64,000 nt of DNA from Eledone cirrhosa (Eukaryota), in the NCBI GenBank assembly GCA_964016885.1, contig OZ024740.1, positions 868,001-932,000 of the forward strand. The letters run 5' to 3'. This document shows positions 13,571-25,654 of the stretch, in pieces; the stretch's first letter is position 1; each line of letters opens with the position of its first letter. The translations under genes and the position numbers were made by a program. Under the pieces are notes generated by a model. It saw only the letters and a program-made list of their open reading frames with translations. It was not told the DNA's origin and made no database searches.

Positions 13571-13704
13571 CAATATAACAACTCCACCATTCAACATCCA
13601 GCAACTTCCATCATCTGGTATATTTTGAACCTGTCTTGTACTTTTGGTTTTAGATTTTATATTATACAAAACAATAAAAGTCTTTGAAACATTATTAGTT
13701 GGCC

Positions 13705-13835
13705 CTTTCCATTCTGAGTTCAAATCCCCCCGAGGTTAACTTTGCCTTTCATCCTTATGGGGTTGATAAAATGAAGTACCAGTAATACACTGGGTACTTT
13801 GCTGGCCTTGTGCCAAAAGTAGAAACAATTATTAG
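13705..13835 (+). mobile_element. 5'-truncated family-2 SINE
   Basis: GAGTTCAAATCC box B plus the conserved body and tail. Confidence 0.8.
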
Positions 13836-13867
13836 TTGTATTATTTTGTTTTAAGTTTAAAGCACCT

Positions 13868-14172
13868 ATCCACCCTGTAGAGGAGTCATGTAAGTGACAC
13901 AACAAAAAGCACCCAGTTCACCCTGTAAAGGGGTCATGTAAGTGAGACAACAAAAAGCACCCAGTTCACCCTGTAAAGGGGTCATGTAAGTGAGACAACA
14001 AAAAGCACCCAGTCCACCCTGTAAAGGGGTCATGTAAGTGACACAACAAAAAGCACCCAGTCCACCCTGTAAAGGAGTCATGTAGGTGTTACAACAAAAA
14101 GCTCCCAGCCCACACTGTAAAGTGGTCGTGTAGGTGACACGACAAAAAGCTCCCAACCCACACCATAAAGTG
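13868..14172 (+). repeat. ~42-bp tandem repeat (about 7 units) related to an RTE 3'UTR motif
   Basis: Unit CAACAAAAAGCACCCAGTCCACCCTGTAAAGGGGTCATGTAAGTGA resembles AAAAAGCACCCAGCCCACACTGTAAAGTGGACGTGTAGG at ~48200-48270. Confidence 0.85.
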
Positions 14173-14452
14173 TTTGTTTCAAAAACCTATTGTGGTGGAG
14201 GAATGACTGATTATAGAAAACTAACTCACACAATAGAACATGAAGACGTTTGTTTTGTGTCATAACATGAGAAGGAGTCGATCTGACATTTTACTTTTGT
14301 TTTGCCTGTTTTAATAATATTTACAGTACAGTTTATTGCACTTTACCCACAAAATACAATAACATGGAAAAAAGGAATTTATCAACAGTCAAAAGAGAAA
14401 AAAGATATTCTTCGCTCACTTATTCCTGAGAGGGGTGTGGGGAGCAGAGTCT

Positions 14453-14668
14453 TTAACCCTTTAGCATTTACATTACTCTATATATACTATTGTATTTTCA
14501 TGGTAAAGGCTTTACCTCACCTAATATCAAATCTATGAGATTTTGATGTTATGTTATGGTATTGTTCTCAAAATAAATAAGTATAAGAGGCCAGTTACAG
14601 CCGGTTTGAACAGAAAGAGGTGAGAGAATTCTGGTCGGATATGGCTGGTTTAAGTGCTAAAGAGTTAA
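14453..14668. mobile_element. TTAA-flanked MITE (piggyBac-like ends), copy 1
   Basis: TTAA-CCCTTTAGCATTTA ... TAAGTGCTAAAGAG-TTAA inverted termini; a second copy lies at 32428-32810. Confidence 0.75.
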
Positions 14669-14699
14669 GCACTCCTTCCAGTGGGTACTATCAGAAGCA

Positions 14700-15065
14700 A
14701 CTGTCTCCAACTGATCCAGCTAAGCTCAAGGATGTTATCCAACCATCTTGCTCAATGTCTACCCCTGCTGGTTGGTTTTGCCTATAAAGTCTGTCCAGTG
14801 ATTCTTTCCTGAGACATACTAACCACACCATAGTATCAGAGCTGTGATCTCTCAATTTGGAGAAGTAGCAGCTCTACCTGGAGTGACTCTCTGATCTCCG
14901 AGCTACACGCTCTATTGAGTAACGTTACTCCAAAGACCCTTTGGAGGAAACCCGTTTTGGTTGCTTGTGTTCCCGGTTGTATTCTTTTAGTTATTACCTA
15001 AGATTCATGACCATAGGTTAGGGTTAAAGCAAATACTGAATTGAAGATAGCAAGTTTGGCTTTTA
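14700..15065 (-). mobile_element. Old degraded RTE-like LINE 3' fragment
   Basis: Reverse-complement similarity to 37085-37460 (e.g. GAGTAACGTTACTC, TTCCTGAGACAT...AACCACA, AGCTGTGATCTCTCA). Confidence 0.6.
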
Positions 15066-15413
15066 CACCTACGTCCCTTCTACTGATAAATGAATGCTCA
15101 AGGTAATTTACCAAAACTAAAAACAGAATTAAGGAAAATTTGTCCCCCTACATTTTGTACTAATTACCATATTCCACTTGCTATCATGTGTATTAATTTT
15201 GATGGAAAATATATAAATATCAGCCTATCAGCTGTATTATAAATTAGCATTATAACTGATTGAAATCATGCCACTCCACTCACTTTTGGCTTACTGTGCC
15301 TCTTCCCTTGAACATAATGGCCATTTTGAGTGTTTAAATGATATAGACCATCTGATATAAACCACAAAGTGTTCAGAAGCAAATAAATAAATATTGTTTG
15401 AATGTCAAAATAT

Positions 15414-15419
15414 TTTATT
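15414..15419 (-). promoter_or_regulatory. Candidate polyadenylation signal of UFL1 (AATAAA)
   Basis: TTTATT on the plus strand ~25 nt beyond the stop codon. The context is AT-rich, so a chance match is possible. Confidence 0.35.
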
Positions 15420-15444
15420 TCAGACAAACTGAAGTAATATAAAT

Positions 15445-15605
15445 TTAAGGAGTGGATTCTTTGGTTTGTTTCTCCTTAGCTTTTGTGGCCACAGCAATAT
15501 CTTTTAGCTTTGGCATCAATTCCTCTAAAGTAACACTTTCATTAGGTTTGGTCATTTCTTCAAAGTCATCTTCGTTGTGAGACTTCATGTCTTTGATAAC
15601 CAAGT
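15445..15605 (-). CDS. UFL1: UFL1 last coding exon
   Basis: Acceptor tttatttcAG|, phase 1; (D)LVIKDMKSHNEDDFEEMTKPNESVTLEELMPKLKDIAVATKAKEKQTKESTP-TAA; resembles the UFL1 C-terminus. Confidence 0.9.
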
Positions 15606-15657
15606 CTGAAATAAAAAATTATTCAATGTTTGTTGAAAATGTTTATAAAGTTATAGT

Positions 15658-17622
15658 CCGACAACCATTTGATCACCTATAGATCAGGGGAGTATTCTAG
15701 TCAGATAGATTTTATCCTCATCAGAGGGCGTGATAGATGGACGGTTGTAAACACAAAAGCCTTCCCTGGTGAGGAATGTACCTCCCAACATAACTTAGTT
15801 GTCAGCGACCTCGCTGTCAAAACTAGACGAACTTGGAAACAGAAGGCCAACCTGGAGAAGAAAGATTTGGAAGCTGAAAGACCCCTCAGTCAGTAACAGG
15901 TTTAAAGATATTCTACTATGACAGTAAAGAAGAACAGATAGAGACATTCAATGTAGAAGAGCACTAGGAGTTCCTAAAAAATAACTTACTAAAGGCGACA
16001 GATGAGATCTGTGCTTGGAGCAATCCACAGAGAGGAGGAGAGTGACTTGGTGGTGGAACAATAAGGTAGATGAGGCAGTTAAGGTTAAGAGACAGGCATG
16101 GAAAGAATGGAAGAACGGGGGTAGGAGGGTACATTACATAGAGACCAGGAGGGAAGCTAGACGACAAGTATACTTAGCTAGAAGGGAAGCAGAGGATAGA
16201 AAATTCAAGCATGTTTTGCAACGTGAGGACCAGAAAGAGGAGGGTGTTCAAGATTGCGAGGCAGTGTGTCAGAGAATCGTGATGTCATTGGAGAGAAGTG
16301 TATCCGGAATGATAATGGTGAGCTTGCCCTCACAAGTGCCGAGAAGAAAGTTGTGTGGAAGAGCCATTATGAAAGATTACTAAATGAGGGGAATGCATGG
16401 GAAAAAGAGACCCTACCCTAAGTAGACCCTATAGAGGGGCCAGCAGCAGCGTAGTAAGTAAGGCAATCAAAGATATGAAGACAGGGAAGGGAAGCGGTCC
16501 ATCGGGTATAGCTGCCGAGATGCTGAAGGCATCTGGGTCGGTAGGTCACACTCTAACCACACAAATTGTTAACCAGGTAATACTAGAGGGTATCATACCA
16601 AAGGATTGGTGCAGCAGCATCATTGTCAACTGCTATAAAAGTTAAAGGTGATGCACTAGATAGAGGAAACTATAGAGGTATAAAACTGATGGACCAGGTC
16701 ATGAAAGTAACAGAAAGGGTTATAGCACAGTTGATTAGGGACTGGGTGAAACTAGATGAGATGCAATTTGGGTTTGTACCAGGAAAAGGCACCACTGATG
16801 CCCTCTTCCTTGTGAGGCAGTTACAGGAAAAGTACCTAGCTAAAAGTAAGCCGCTCTACCTGGCATTCGTCGATCTGGAAAAAGCCTTCGACAGAGCACT
16901 CCGTGTTATAATCTGGTGGGCTCTTAGAAAATTAGGAGTAGATGAATGGCTTGTGAAAGCTGTACAAGCTATGTATAGAGGAGCAGTCAGTAAAGTTAGA
17001 GTTAGCAATGAATATAGCGAGGAATTTAACATACAGGTCGGTGTCCACCAGGGCTCTGTTATTAGCCCTCTCCTGTTCATTATAGTTTTGCAGGCAATAA
17101 CGGAGGAGTTTAAGACCGGATGCCCATGGGAACTCCTGTATGCAGATGATCTCGCACTTATAGCTGAATCCATGGTAGAACTAGAGAAGAAATTCCAAAC
17201 ATGGAAGCAGGGACTAGAAAGAAAGGGTCTCAAAGTCAACCTGACAAAGACTTAGGTTCTTGTAAGTAGACGAGAAAAGAGATCCCAGATTCCCTCATGG
17301 AAAAGGCCTTGCTCAGTATGTAGGAAAGGTGTAAGGAATGATGCAAACAATGGGTACACAAGAGATGTAGTGGGATCTCAGGAAGTTTAACTAAGAATGT
17401 AGGCTTCATATGTAGCAGCTGCGCTGGGACAGCAAGCGGCAAACGACCACAGGAAACAAGCACCACCAAACTCTGGGAGGGCTCTGTAGAAACAGTAGAC
17501 AGCTTCTGCTACCTAGGTGACAGAATTAGCAGCGGAGGTGGGTGTTCGGAAAGTACAATAACTAGGGTAAGAACGGGATGGAAGAAGTTCAGGGCGCAAC
17601 TGTCACTGCTAACTGCAAATTG
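15658..17622 (+). mobile_element. RTE-clade LINE fragment (end of APE endonuclease + RT), frameshifted, 3' truncated
   Basis: SQIDFIL, NYRGIKL, QFGF, FVDLEKAFDR, QGSVISPLLF and LLYADDL motifs in the ORF track. Confidence 0.95.
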
Positions 17623-17660
17623 TTGACAATTAGTCTTTTACCTTAGATTTAATTAAATGT

Positions 17661-17696
17661 CCTTAATTTTCGAGATAATATCTCTTCTTCGGAGGG
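17661..17696 (-). ncRNA. Minimal hammerhead-ribozyme-like motif (one core substitution)
   Basis: Minus strand CCT CCGAAGA A GAGAT-ATT-ATCTC GAAA ATTA AGG: stem I CCT/AGG, perfect stem II, palindromic stem III. Confidence 0.5.
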
Positions 17697-17805
17697 AAGT
17701 AAAGCGGTTAAACCAGTGTTCTAAATAGCTTTATTATACATATACAAACGTTTATACCTCATTACACAATGCTTCAAGTGAACTATAACTTCCTCCATAT
17801 ATATA

Positions 17806-18140
17806 TTAGTGGTTAGAGCATTGACCTGGCAATCGAAAGGTTGTGAGTTCAATTCTCAGACCGGGTGATGTGTTGTTTCCTTGAGCAAGACACTTTATTT
17901 CACATTGCTCCAGTTTACTCAGCTGTAGAAATGAGATGATAGGGACTGGGGTCCATATCATTCCACTGCAAAGTGGTCGTGGAGGTGCCACGGCAAAAAA
18001 GCACCCAGCACTCACTGTAAATGAGGTTGGTGTTAGGAAGGGCATCCAGCTGTAGAAATCAAGCCAGAATCAGTTCCCGTCCCACCCTTGCAAGCAGGGA
18101 AAAAGCGGACTTAAAACGAAATGATGAATGATGATGATGA
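17806..18140 (+). mobile_element. tRNA-derived SINE, family 1 (CORE-like centre, RTE-related tail, (GAT)n)
   Basis: TAGTGGTTAGAGC / GAGTTCAATTC boxes; CCTTGAGCAAGACACTT...CAGTTTACTCAGCTGTAGAAATG CORE-like segment; several near-identical copies in the window. Confidence 0.92.
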
Positions 18141-18295
18141 TATTTTCATTCATTCATTCATTTATTATAGCTAAGTGGTGAGCCTTGCTAGTCTGGAGTT
18201 TCATCTACACACTCACAGGATATATATATATATACACACACACACACATACAAAGATATACATATAAAATATATATGAAATAAACTAAGACATAC

Positions 18296-18507
18296 CTTGG
18301 TATTCTTGAAGGATCTCCCATGAAGAAGTTGCCATATGACTTTCAAGAAATTCTATTATTCGTGGTACACATCGCCCAGGAGCATGGATAAATGTATTTG
18401 TGAATGTTTGGAAAAGAATCATGACAGCCAAGTGTAGAGCGCTTGCTGGATCCCCTTCGTTAGATAACTCAGCAATAAGAGTCTGCCGATGTTCTTGCAG
18501 AAGTTGT
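18296..18507 (-). CDS. UFL1: UFL1 exon
   Basis: AG|...|GTATG, 212 nt; QLLQEHRQTLIAELSNEGDPASALHLAVMILFQTFTNTFIHAPGRCVPRIIEFL matches the UFL1 DPAL.LHL...LHAPGRCVP motif. Confidence 0.96.
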
Positions 18508-19028
18508 CTACAAAGAAGTATACAAACAAGAATCTTGATTTACCAACATATGACATAGGCGGCGAATTGGCAGAGTCACTAGAACGTCAGTTGGAATGCT
18601 TTATGGTATTCGTTCCAGCTCTCTGAGTTCAAATCCCACCAAGGTCAACTTTACCTACTTTTGAAGTTAATAAAAAAGTACCAGTTAAGTACTGGGGTCA
18701 ATTCTTCCTCTATATCTTTCTTATTTCCTCTCTCTCACTTTCTATCTTTCTCTGGAAGAAATCTGCTGTACTCTGGCCTGGAGAGGGATGGGCTCTGCCA
18801 GGCTTAAAATGGCCAAGAAACGCTGTATGTCAATACAGCTCCCCTGTGACTATCAGGAGTTACTGGACCATACATAATGACATACGGTGTGATAATGTAT
18901 TATAGTTCATATGTATATATTTACATAACATTTATGGAACTCTCTAAACTTTTATAGACAAAATCAGATTTAGGAGGAAAATAATCTATGCCATTTTCTT
19001 TCATTCTTACCCCTGTTCTTGGAGAATT

Positions 19029-19870
19029 GGAAGATTCTTTTTAATAGAATAAATGAAGAAACATATCAAATCAAAATATTTAAATAATTTTATATTCCCC
19101 ACTCCAACACACACACACACCTATATATATAAAACTGAGGATATCTGTGTGTGTGAGTTTGAATCTCTAAAACTCGAGAAGCACCCAACTGACTGTTTTC
19201 AAACTTTACACATGTAATACTTATGTTTCAGGGAGTGTTCTGAGCACAAAAAATGTCAAATTTTCAATGCCCTCGGGACTGCATTAAGCGATTTAGCGAT
19301 CTCTCTCTATAATTCTTAGTCTTTCTCTTTTTAGATAGATAAATACATATAACGTTGCGCCCTTATAATATCTGTCTGGCTGTCTGCATTACGTCACTTC
19401 CCAGTTCCCACTGCGTCCAGAATGCGCCATTATAATATCTGTCTGTATGTCTGCCTGTCTGCATTACGTCACTTCCGTGAGGATGTCTGTCTGTGTGTGT
19501 GTGTGTGAGTTTGAATCTCTCAAACTTGAGAAGTACCCAACCAACTTTTTTCAAACTTTACATGTGTATTACTTATGTTTCAGTGAGTGTTATGCACATA
19601 AACTTTTTTATCCCCTAGGTGAAAAACTGCGTTTTTTAAAGGTTTTTTAGGGTTTTTTTATGCATTACGCCAGACCGATTTCTTTGAAATTGTAACTATG
19701 TATTAGTCAGTCTCTTCTTCATACCGTGAACAAAGAAAATCCAACTTTTTTATGGCCTAGGGCCCGCATTAGGTGAACAACTTTTCTCAGCTTTTTAGGG
19801 CTCTTTTGAGGCGTTACGTCTAGCTGATTTTCCAGAAATTTCAAGGCATATTATATACACAAAAAAATTC
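19029..19870 (+). mobile_element. Helitron-like dispersed repeat, copy 2 (ends at an RTE fragment)
   Basis: Near-identical to 9790-10570. Confidence 0.55.
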
Positions 19871-20272
19871 ATTGTCTGATATTACTATTACACATATTAC
19901 TATTACACATCCAACGGAGCATGCAAGCTTCATTCCTCTCCAGTCTGCGTATATCCTCTGCACACAATGCCCAAGTCTCACTGCCATGTAACATTGCTGT
20001 TCGTATGCAGGCATCATACAGCCTGCCTTTCATTTTTAGAGAGAACCCTTTAGTGGCCAATAGTGGTATAAGCTCTCTGAACTTTTTCCATCCCGTTCTG
20101 ACTCTAGCTACTGTACTTTTAGAGCACCCTCCACCACTGCTGATTTTGTCACCCAGGTAACGGAAGGTGTCCACTATTTCTATAGAACCCTCTGTGCAAT
20201 GGAATGAGCTAGTATTCTGTGGGCACTTGCTGCTACTTATTGCACCTGAGCACCGGCCACATATAAAATCTA
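19870..20272 (-). mobile_element. RTE LINE internal fragment (post-RT region)
   Basis: FRYLGD, KGRLYDACIRTAMLHGSETW motifs. Confidence 0.92.
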
Positions 20273-20283
20273 TATATATATGG

Positions 20284-20315
<32 letters not shown>

Positions 20316-20616
20316 CCATCATCATCACCATTTGGCATCCATTTTTCCACGCTAGCATGGGTTAGACGATTTTGGCTTGGTTTCTACAACTGGATGACTT
20401 ACCTAACGCCAACCACATTTACAGTGTGTGCTGGGTGCTTTTTGTTGTGACACTTAGACGACCACTTTACAGTGTGGGCTGGGTGCTTATATATATATAT
20501 AGGCATATATATATAGGGCATCCAGCTGTAGAAATCAAGCCAGAATCAGTTCCCGTCCCACCCTTGCAAGCAGGGAAAAGCGGACGTAAAATAATGATGA
20601 TGATGATGATGATGAT

Positions 20617-22165
20617 ATCATCATCATCATCATTTAAAGTCCTTCCACGCTAGCATGGGTTAGATGGTTTTGTTTCACTTGATGTGAGATTGGTCGGGAG
20701 ACCGTGTCTCACTCATACAGAACTGTCTCTGGCAGGTTTTCTACGGCTGGATGCCCTTCCTAACACCAACCACATTTACAGTGTGGACTAGGAGCCTTTT
20801 TACCGTGTCTCCTACACGACCACTTTAGTGTGGACGGGGTGTTTTTGTTGTGTCACTGACACAGTGGATGGAAATGAGAGGACGGGGTAGGGTGTGTGGG
20901 GTGGGGTGTATATTGGATTAAGAGGTGCCTACTGTCTGTAGGTTTAAGTTTGAATGCAAGGGAAGTGGGTCAAGGATCTAGATCCAGTAACATTGTGTTA
21001 GAGAGGTGTAAGTGAGCAAGGTCAGTTTTTATCACCTTGTCCCAGGTTTTTCTTGGTCTACCCACTTCGTAGCTTCCATCAATTTTCATTGCCCTGCACT
21101 TTTTTATACAGCTGTCATCCTTCATACGCATCACATGACCATACCAACGCAATCTCCTCTCCAGAACACAACATTTGATACCTCTTATGTCTTAATTCGT
21201 TTATGCTTTGCCGTTCACATACATTACTATTACACATCCATCAGAGCATGCAAGCTTCATTTCTTTCTAATCTACACAAGTCTTCAGCACAGGTCTCACT
21301 ACCATGTAATATCGCCGTTCGTATACAAACATCATGCAATCTGCTTTTCACTTTTAGAGAGAAACCTTTTGTGGCCAACAGCAGTATTAACTCTCTGAAC
21401 TTTTTCCATCCCGTTCTAACTCTGGCTACTGTACTTTCAAAGCACCCTCCTCCACTGCTGATTTTGTCACCCAGGTAATGGAAAATGTCTACTATTTCTA
21501 TAGAATCATCTGGGCAGTAGAAGGAGCTAGCATCCAGTGGGTCCTTGCTACTTATTGCACCTGAGCATCGACCATATATAAAACCTACATTCTTAGATAG
21601 CTTACCTGTGATCCCACTTCATCTTTTATGTACCCATAGTTTGCATTTGGAGCATAGAATGGAATTTCTACCTACTCCCTTCTTACACACTGAGCATGGC
21701 CATTTCCCAGAGGGCACCTGTGCCCTATTCTCCTTTCTACATACTAGAACTTTAGTCTTAGACAAGTTAACTTTAAGGCCTTTTGATTCTAGACCATGTT
21801 TCCATGTTTGGAATTTCTTCTCTAGTTCAGCCATTGATTCAGCTATGAGAGTTAGATCATCTGCATATAGAAGTTCCCATGGGCAGCTGGTCTTGAACTC
21901 CTGTTATAGCCTGAAGGACAATAATGAACAGGAGAGGGATAATAACGGAGCCTTGGTGAACCCCTACAATTACGCTAAATTCTTCACTATATTCATTTTT
22001 AATTCTAACCTTGCTGACTGTTTCTTTATACATGGCTTGTATAGCTCTCACAAGCCATTCATTTACTCCTAGTTTTCTAAGAGCCCACCAAATAATAGAG
22101 CGGGGACTCTGTCAAAGGCTTTCTCCAAGTCAACAAAAGCTAAGTAGAGGGGTTTACTTTTAGCT
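20617..22165 (-). mobile_element. RTE LINE, 5'-truncated, with 3'UTR and (GAT)n tail (subfamily C)
   Basis: RT motifs (QGSVI.PLLF, YADD region), Cys-rich finger, RWYGHV...GRPRKTW; (CAT)n on the plus strand at 20617-20632. Confidence 0.93.
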
Positions 22166-22268
22166 ACTTTTAGCAAGGTACTTATATCCGAACCAGATTG
22201 GATCTAGCTGTCGAAACAGCCGAAGCTCAGCCATCGGGGTCCTGGCTCTTTTCCTATATATATATATA

Positions 22269-22383
22269 TAGGAAAATGTTCAAGACCCCGATGGCAGAGC
22301 TCAAGCCGTTTCGATGACTATTTCTCAGAAATAGTTGTCGAAACGGCTTGAGCTCTGCCGTCGGGGTCTTAAACATTTTCCTA
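22269..22383. repeat. Near-perfect 57-bp-arm palindrome containing half of a hammerhead-like motif
   Basis: TAGGAAAATGTT...CTATTTCT-C-AGAAATAG...AACATTTTCCTA centred on 22326; a third diverged arm lies at ~22205-22256. Confidence 0.9.
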
Positions 22384-22482
22384 TTACCCACTCTACTACC
22401 CTAAGTATTGAGTACTCTGGTGCGTTATGGTCCACCTGGTTCCTTACCACACTTGCTTCGTTATATATATATATATATACAC

Positions 22483-22519
<37 letters not shown>

Positions 22520-22522
<3 letters not shown>

Positions 22523-25041
22523 GAACAGTGGGAATTCCTGAAAGCAAACCTGCTGATGGCGGCAGACGAAGTCTGTGGCTGGAGCAGGCCTGTAGGCAGG
22601 AGGAGAGTAACATGGTGGTGGAACAGTAAGGTGGAGGAGTCAATTAAGGCCAAAAAGCAGGCTCGGAAAGTATGGCGGGATGGGGGAAGTAGAGAAGACT
22701 ATCAAGTGGCCAGGAGGGAAGCTAGGAGACAAGTGTACTTCGCAAGAAGGGAAGCAGAGGAAAGAAAGTTCAAGCATGTTCTACAACGCGTGGACCAAAA
22801 ACGTGAGGTGTTCAGGATTGCTAGGCAATGTGTCAAGGAAAACCGTGATATTGTTGGAGAGAAGTGTGTACTTAATGATGATGGCGTACTTGCCATCACT
22901 GATGCTGATAAGAAGGTAGCTTGGAAGTGTCACTACGAAAGGCTACTAAATGAGGAGAATAAATGGGAGAAAGACAGTCTCCCCCACATCGACCCAATAG
23001 AGGGACCAGCAGTGTTAGTCGAAGGTAGTATAATAAGTAAGGCAATCAAAGATATGAAGACGGGTAAGGCGGCTGGGCCTTCGGAAATAGTTGCTGAGAT
23101 GCTGAAAGCCTCTGGAACGGTGGGACACACCATGGTCACCCGGATAGTAAACCAAGTCATACAGAATGGGGTTGTTCCGAAGGACTGGCGTAGCAGCATC
23201 ATCATTAACTGCTACAAGGGTAAAGGAGACGCCCTAGATAGGAGTAACTATAGAGGCATTAAATTAATCGACCAGGTCATGAAAGTCACGGAAAAAGTAA
23301 TAGCGCAACTAATCAGAGAGAGAATTGATCTAGATGAAATGTAGTTCGGGTTTGTGTCAGGCAAAAGTACCACAGACGCTCTTTTCATTGTACGACAACT
23401 ACAGGAGAAGTACCTAGCTAAAAGTAAACCCCTATACTTAGCTTTTGTCGACTTGGAGAAAGCCTTCGACAGAGTCCCCCGTTCCATTATCTGGTGGGCT
23501 CTTAGAAAACTAGGTGTTGATGAATGGCTTGTGAGAGCTATACAAGGTTAGAATTAACAACGAATATAGTGAAGAGTTTAGCGTAAAAGCTGGTGTTCAT
23601 CAGGGCTCTGTTCTTAGCCCCCTACTATTTATTATTGCCCTTCAGGCTATAACAGTGGAGTTCAAGACCGGCTGCCCATGGGAACTCCTATACGCAGATG
23701 ATCTAATGCTCATAGCTGAATCAATGGCCGAGCTAGAGAAGAAATTCCAAACATGGAAGCACGGCCGAGAATCAAAAGGCCTTAAAATTAACCTGTCTAA
23801 GACTAAAGTTCTAGTTTGTAGGAAAGAAAATAAGGCGCCGGTCCCTTCCGGGAAATGGCCATGCTCAGTGTGTAGGAAAGGCGTAGGTAGAAACTCCATT
23901 TTATGTCCCAAATGCAAAGTATGGGTGCATAAAAGATGTAGTGGGATCACAGGTAAGCTAACTAAGAACATAGATTTTACATGTGGCCGGTGCTCTGGTG
24001 CAATAAGTAGCAGCAAGTGCCCATAAAATACTAGCTCTTTCAATTGCGCAGAGGGTTCTATAGAAATAGTGGACAGCTTCCATTACCTGGGTGACAAAAT
24101 CAGCAGTGGGGGAGGGTGCTCTGAAAGTACACTAACTAGAGTCAGAACTGGATGGAAAAAGTTCAGAGAGCTTATACCACTATTAGCCGCTAAAGGGTTC
24201 TCCCTAAAAATGAAAGGCAGGCTGTATGATGCCTGCATACAAACAGCAATGTTGCATGGCAGTGAGACCTGGGCATTGTGTGCAGAGGATATACGCAGAC
24301 TAGAGAGGAACGAAGCTTGCATGCTCCGCTGGATGTGTAATAGTAATATACGCGAACGGCAAAGCATAAACGAACTAAGGGAAAAATTAGAAATAAGAGG
24401 GATCAGATGTTGTTTACTTGAGAGAAGGCTACGTTGGTATGGTCACGTGATGCGCATGAAAGACGACAGCTGTATAAAAAGTGCAGGGCAATAAAGATAG
24501 ACGGTAGCCACAGAGTAGGCAGACCCAGAAAAACCTGGGACGACCTGATAAATTCCGACCTCACACACTTACACCTCTCCAAGACAATGTCACTGGACCG
24601 AGATCTTTGGCGGCACTCAGTAATAAAGACCCGCCTTACCTAAATACAAAGTAAAACCTACTACAGTCAGTAGGCATCTCTAACAAAATACACCCCCGTC
24701 CCACCACCCCCACCACATCCACACCGCCCCTTTCAATGTAAAGTTATGTTGGTGCCACAACATCCAGGCCGAAACAAATGAGATCGTGTATATGTCACGA
24801 CAAAAAAACACACAGTCCACACTGTAATGTGGCCGTGTAGGCAACACGGTAAAAACCTCCCAGTCCCACACTGTAAATGTGGTTGGTGTTAGGAAGGGCA
24901 TCCAGCTGTAGAAAACCCGCCAGACAGTCCTATGCGAGCAAGACAACCACTCTTGCCTCAAGTGGGAAAACTCCCGTCCAAACCCATGCAAGCGTGGAAC
25001 ATGGACGTTAAACGATGATGATGATGATGATGATGATGATG
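22520..25041 (+). mobile_element. RTE LINE, 5'-truncated, RT to (GAT)n tail (subfamily A)
   Basis: Consecutive RT-region ORFs broken by stops/frameshifts; 3'UTR and (GAT)n at ~25014-25041; starts within (TA)n. Confidence 0.96.
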
Positions 25042-25490
25042 ATAACATCATGATTTTGGTTGGATTGGTTGCCACAGTCTGAGACTAGACAGGCTGGAAA
25101 ACCACGCCATACTCATACTTTTTGTATGGTTTCTACAGTTGGAAGCCCTTCCTAACACCAACCAATTACTGGATGCATCTATGTCCTGATATATATTTTC
25201 CTCTCATTGGATTAGACTGGTAATGCTGTATATACTGAAATATAAGTCGAGGAATATGTAACCAAAGAATAAAATCGGTAGAAGAGGGTCAATATTTTGA
25301 CGATTTTCACCAATTTCAAATTCTATGTAAATATGGTTGGATTTTTGCCCATTTCTCAGACATAAAATAGTGGGGGTCAGGCTTATATTCAAGTGCATAC
25401 AGTATGTGCTACATATGTTCCCCACCTCACCACACCCTACCACACCACATCCACTTAATTCCCAAAGTATATCCAAGTTCGAATACTCAC

Positions 25491-25582
25491 TTCTCCTTCT
25501 TCCTGTCTGGTTTCCGTAACAAAATACCCAAATTCTCAGGACTACAAATCACATTTAGACTTTCATGGAAATCTTCAAGACT
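25491..25582 (-). CDS. UFL1: UFL1 exon
   Basis: tttacAG|...|GTGAGT, 92 nt, phase 0-2; SLEDFHESLNVICSPENLGILLRKPDRKKE (cf. human SIEDF...GDKKRE). Confidence 0.93.
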
Positions 25583-25654
25583 CTGTAAATAATGTTACAA
25601 TATATTTTATGATGGCACTGGACAGACAACATAAATAATGGTTGTTAACTATCA

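Noticed and set aside
17806-18045. Recurrent 79-aa ORF (MPFLTPTSFTVSAG...) and tRNA-like heads
   Set aside because: These are antisense translations of SINE copies; the heads are SINE promoters, not complete tRNA cloverleaves.
18745-18850. GAAAC-GCTGTAT-loop-ATACAGC-TC hairpin as a hammerhead stem III
   Set aside because: The upstream core is too degenerate to support the call.
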